A DNA stretch of 40,253 nucleotides from a virus. The stretch spans positions 1 to 40,253 of IMG/VR virus record IMGVR_UViG_3300007102_000044; one strand, written 5' to 3'. The notes beneath the pieces were generated by a model that ran no database searches, was not told the origin of the DNA, and saw only the letters and a program-made list of their open reading frames with translations. Below, in pieces: positions 37,483-40,253 of this stretch (positions within the stretch are counted from its first letter, which is position 1; each line of letters starts with the position of its first letter). The translations under genes were made by a program, and so were the position numbers.

Positions 37483-38054
37483 TATTTCACCATATTTACT
37501 GAAGCTTTACCAGCCCTTTTAACACGGTTTTTATCATAGTCTACCTTTACAGGGTATGGGTATACTGTTACTTTTGTTTCAACATATATTGGTTCAATAG
37601 ATGTTCCAGTTTCACTAAGACACATTACCCATGTAGCCGATGTATTTTTTGATGCAAAAATACCATTTGGTTCTGCTTGTTCAACAGATGTGAGCGCACC
37701 AGCACCACCTCCGTAACCTCTACTATCTTCATGTGTTGCCACAAGTGGATTTGTAAGTGATGTGTCATAAGGTATTCCATATCCAAATGATGGACAATCA
37801 CCCTCTATAAAACCATAATCACTTCTCCATACAGAATGGGTTGCAACCTTTTTATTCCTTACTTGATATAGCTGAATAACTAAATCTCTTTCAAGTGACC
37901 AATCAAAATATGGAATTGGTTGACCAATTGAATATTGTCTTTGCTGTTTTGCTACTTTTTGAGCCTCTTGTGATTCTTGTGAATCACTGCCCCATCCCGC
38001 AAATGCAGTTGTAGCAAATGCGATAATTAGTAGTACAATAAAAAGTTTTCTCAT
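37482..38054 (-). CDS. Conserved secreted/periplasmic phage protein
   Basis: Signal peptide ..AFA; SLER, GYGIPY.T.LTNP, QAEPNG. Confidence 0.7.
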   Translation of the reverse strand: MRKLFIVLLIIAFATTAFAGWGSDSQESQEAQKVAKQQRQYSIGQPIPYFDWSLERDLVIQLYQVRNKKVATHSVWRSDYGFIEGDCPSFGYGIPYDTSLTNPLVATHEDSRGYGGGAGALTSVEQAEPNGIFASKNTSATWVMCLSETGTSIEPIYVETKVTVYPYPVKVDYDKNRVKRAGKASVNMVK

Positions 38055-38371
38055 CGTTTCATATCCTCCTTCATCATAAGTATTCTAATTCCAGAAAGCT
38101 GTGATTCAAGATTTGTTCTTGTAGTCCCATCAATTTCTGGGTTTCTAAGTTGTCTTTCAATTTCAGCAATTTGCGCTTTATATGTATATACAGCATCTTT
38201 TCTTGCTTCTGAATATTGATAACTATTCTCATAGATTTTTCTTTCCACGATAGTTTGACCAAACATTCCAAGATATCCAAGTACACTAAATATGATAATT
38301 GTTACAATGAGTATACCAATTCCATATCGCCATATAGCCCAACCTTCTCTTTTTTCTTCTTTTGTTAACAT
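38051..38371 (-). CDS. Membrane protein, translationally coupled to the downstream gene
   Basis: TM helix, ERKIYENSYQY, ATGA overlap. Confidence 0.65.
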   Translation of the reverse strand: MLTKEEKREGWAIWRYGIGILIVTIIIFSVLGYLGMFGQTIVERKIYENSYQYSEARKDAVYTYKAQIAEIERQLRNPEIDGTTRTNLESQLSGIRILMMKEDMKR

Positions 38372-38388
38372 TATTCATCCTCCTTTAA

Positions 38389-39181
38389 TTAATATATTTC
38401 CCATATATCAGATACAGACTGATTCTTTTCATTCCAGACCATATCATCAATATCAAGTATATCATTTTTTATTCTGTTAATAACATTTTTAAATTTTGTA
38501 CGTCTTCTTTTACTCACATCACGCTTCCAAAGTTTATCAGAGCTAAGACCGTATATACCGAATTTGTATTGTTTTCTTTTGCTATGGTCTTTCATTTTAC
38601 CAATTTTAGTATACCAATCTTTTTCTGTCATTCTCAACCTCTTTTATCCATGTATGTTATCTGGTATTATCTCTTTAATCCTATCATATAGATGCCCAGA
38701 ATCACTAAATCCAGCATATTGATATTTCTCCATGAGTATTCTCAATTCTTTGATAAAGTCGATTAGAGCATCCTTGCCTCTTGGTGGTAATTGTGATATA
38801 TACAATTCTAAATCATATTCATAAGAACCCATCAATGGTCTATATTTTGAAGGAATATCTTCAAATTTCATATCATTCATAAAGTCGTGTGCTATACCAT
38901 GTACAAGAGATTCCATGATAATATTTTTCACACTGTCTATAGGTATCGAGGAATCGTTCATAAATTCTTTTGTTATACTATATACTCTACGTCTAATATC
39001 ACCCATTAATTACCTCATATAGTTTATCGAAAAGTCGTTCCATTGCATAATTATATTCACTGGATACACAGAATACGCCTTTAAGTTCATCAATATCAGC
39101 TTTAAGCTTTTTCTTATGTTCCTGAATACCAATTTCAACCTGTTTTTCAATATACTCTGAAAGTTTTTCATCAAAAATCAT
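38389..39181 (-). other. Three hypothetical ORFs (38389-38637, 38644-39006, 38999-39181)
   Basis: ORF track. Confidence 0.55.
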
Positions 39182-39293
39182 GTATATATCCTCCTATAGC
39201 AATAGTTAGAACCAATACCAATACAATATATTCTATGATGGTCAAGTTCATAAATTTGTTAATTATATATATCACTTCTTTCATAATTTTACC

Positions 39294-40010
39294 TTAATTG
39301 TTATTTATTATATATTCTTTTTCAAGCTTGTCAATGATAATCCCGACTTCTTGTTCAGATTTATGTGAATCTAGGACTTTAAGTTCATCCATAGTCATAT
39401 TGCGTCTTTCACATCTAACTTCATCAGAACATTCAACCCCATAACATTCAAATTTATATCCATACACATTTGCAAAATTAGATATAGTATCATATTCTGT
39501 AGCAAACCTCATATCATCGATGTAAACATGTAGCTCAGAGTCGATAAAATTGAGGTCTAAGAGCTTAAAAAGTTTTTTAAGTAGGAAGTCTACCCAAATT
39601 GAATTACTGAACGTGTGAGCAACCTCAGTACCGTACAGTTGCAAACATTTTCTAATGTCTTTATTCTTTATAGCTTCAATAACCTTTGGAACATGTTTGC
39701 TCGCTTCCTGAATCTTTTCATTTAGTATAGTATAATCATATCCATAAGTTCTATTGTATATACCCGCTGTATAATCAAGTATACCCTTTCCAATGTTTAC
39801 ATCATGTGCTGTTTCCAGATACTTATAAACATCTTCATCAATTGAACCATCTCTATACATTCCAAAGTTTTTTCTAAACAGTTCTTTTAGTGGGTCTGCA
39901 AGACTCATGCACATAACAGGATACCCATTAGATTTAACATCCTCTAAATGTTTCATCATTTGATAACCTTTACCAGAACCAGCTTTACCAACAAAACTAA
40001 TTATCTTCAT
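39294..40010 (-). CDS. Deoxynucleoside monophosphate kinase (T4 gp1-like)
   Basis: GKAGSGK, SLADPLKE, RKCLQ.YGTEV, DDMRF.TE, H.SE. Confidence 0.85.
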   Translation of the reverse strand: MKIISFVGKAGSGKGYQMMKHLEDVKSNGYPVMCMSLADPLKELFRKNFGMYRDGSIDEDVYKYLETAHDVNIGKGILDYTAGIYNRTYGYDYTILNEKIQEASKHVPKVIEAIKNKDIRKCLQLYGTEVAHTFSNSIWVDFLLKKLFKLLDLNFIDSELHVYIDDMRFATEYDTISNFANVYGYKFECYGVECSDEVRCERRNMTMDELKVLDSHKSEQEVGIIIDKLEKEYIINNN

Positions 40011-40194
40011 CTTCTATAACCTCCAATCTGCATTTTTTACCAATTGTCAATCCATCATGATATGGAATTAGTATTTCAATATAACATTCCTTTGGTTTAT
40101 AATCAACAGGTAAAAAATCACCATTTTTTCTAAACTCAAAAAATGTCTCAGGTGTGTCATTATTTGTATCAACAATTATACCTTCTATAATCAT
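39997..40194 (-). CDS. Hypothetical protein
   Basis: ORF track; AAGGA RBS. Confidence 0.5.
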   Translation of the reverse strand: MIIEGIIVDTNNDTPETFFEFRKNGDFLPVDYKPKECYIEILIPYHDGLTIGKKCRLEVIEDEDN

Positions 40195-40253
40195 GTTATT
40201 TCCTTATAAATATCATACATTTAGGCTTTTTAACCATTTTCATTACTTGACCA

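Noticed and set aside
20436-38637. Possible paralogy of two basic proteins (20436-20687, 38389-38637) sharing WKR...K..R
   Set aside because: The similarity is too short and composition-driven to support.
1-40253. Host assignment
   Set aside because: Low GC, sigma70 promoters and strong SD motifs do not identify a host taxon without searches.

Overview
AT-rich fragment of a large T4-like myophage genome. The + strand carries late morphogenesis genes: a terminase large subunit fractured by an atypically split intein plus a free-standing endonuclease, tail sheath gp18, a Hef-like endonuclease, tube gp19, gp54, gp26/gp51, tape measure, gp15 and terminase small subunit gp16. Two small islands of minus-strand early genes interrupt them. 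From ~15.7 kb to the end everything is on the minus strand: gp32, gp59, possible gp33, dUTPase, HicB-HAD fusion, nucleotidyltransferase, denV, HNH endonuclease, tRNA-Leu(UAA), lytic transglycosylase, thyX, dNMP kinase and ~55 small hypothetical ORFs behind repeated sigma70 promoter/RBS cassettes. Highlights: (1) trans-splicing TerL with a 33-aa IntN and 117-aa IntC; (2) a probable programmed -1 frameshift (T TTT TTC) fusing gp26 to an unannotated gp51-like ORF just upstream of the tape measure gene; (3) a three-way-junction RNA leader whose loop is complementary to the Shine-Dalgarno of the Hef-like endonuclease; (4) a duplicated back-to-back early/late promoter cassette and a variant late promoter GATAAATA; (5) three broken genes, including gp32, that look like homopolymer sequencing errors. 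All protein assignments come from motif recognition by eye; no searches were run.
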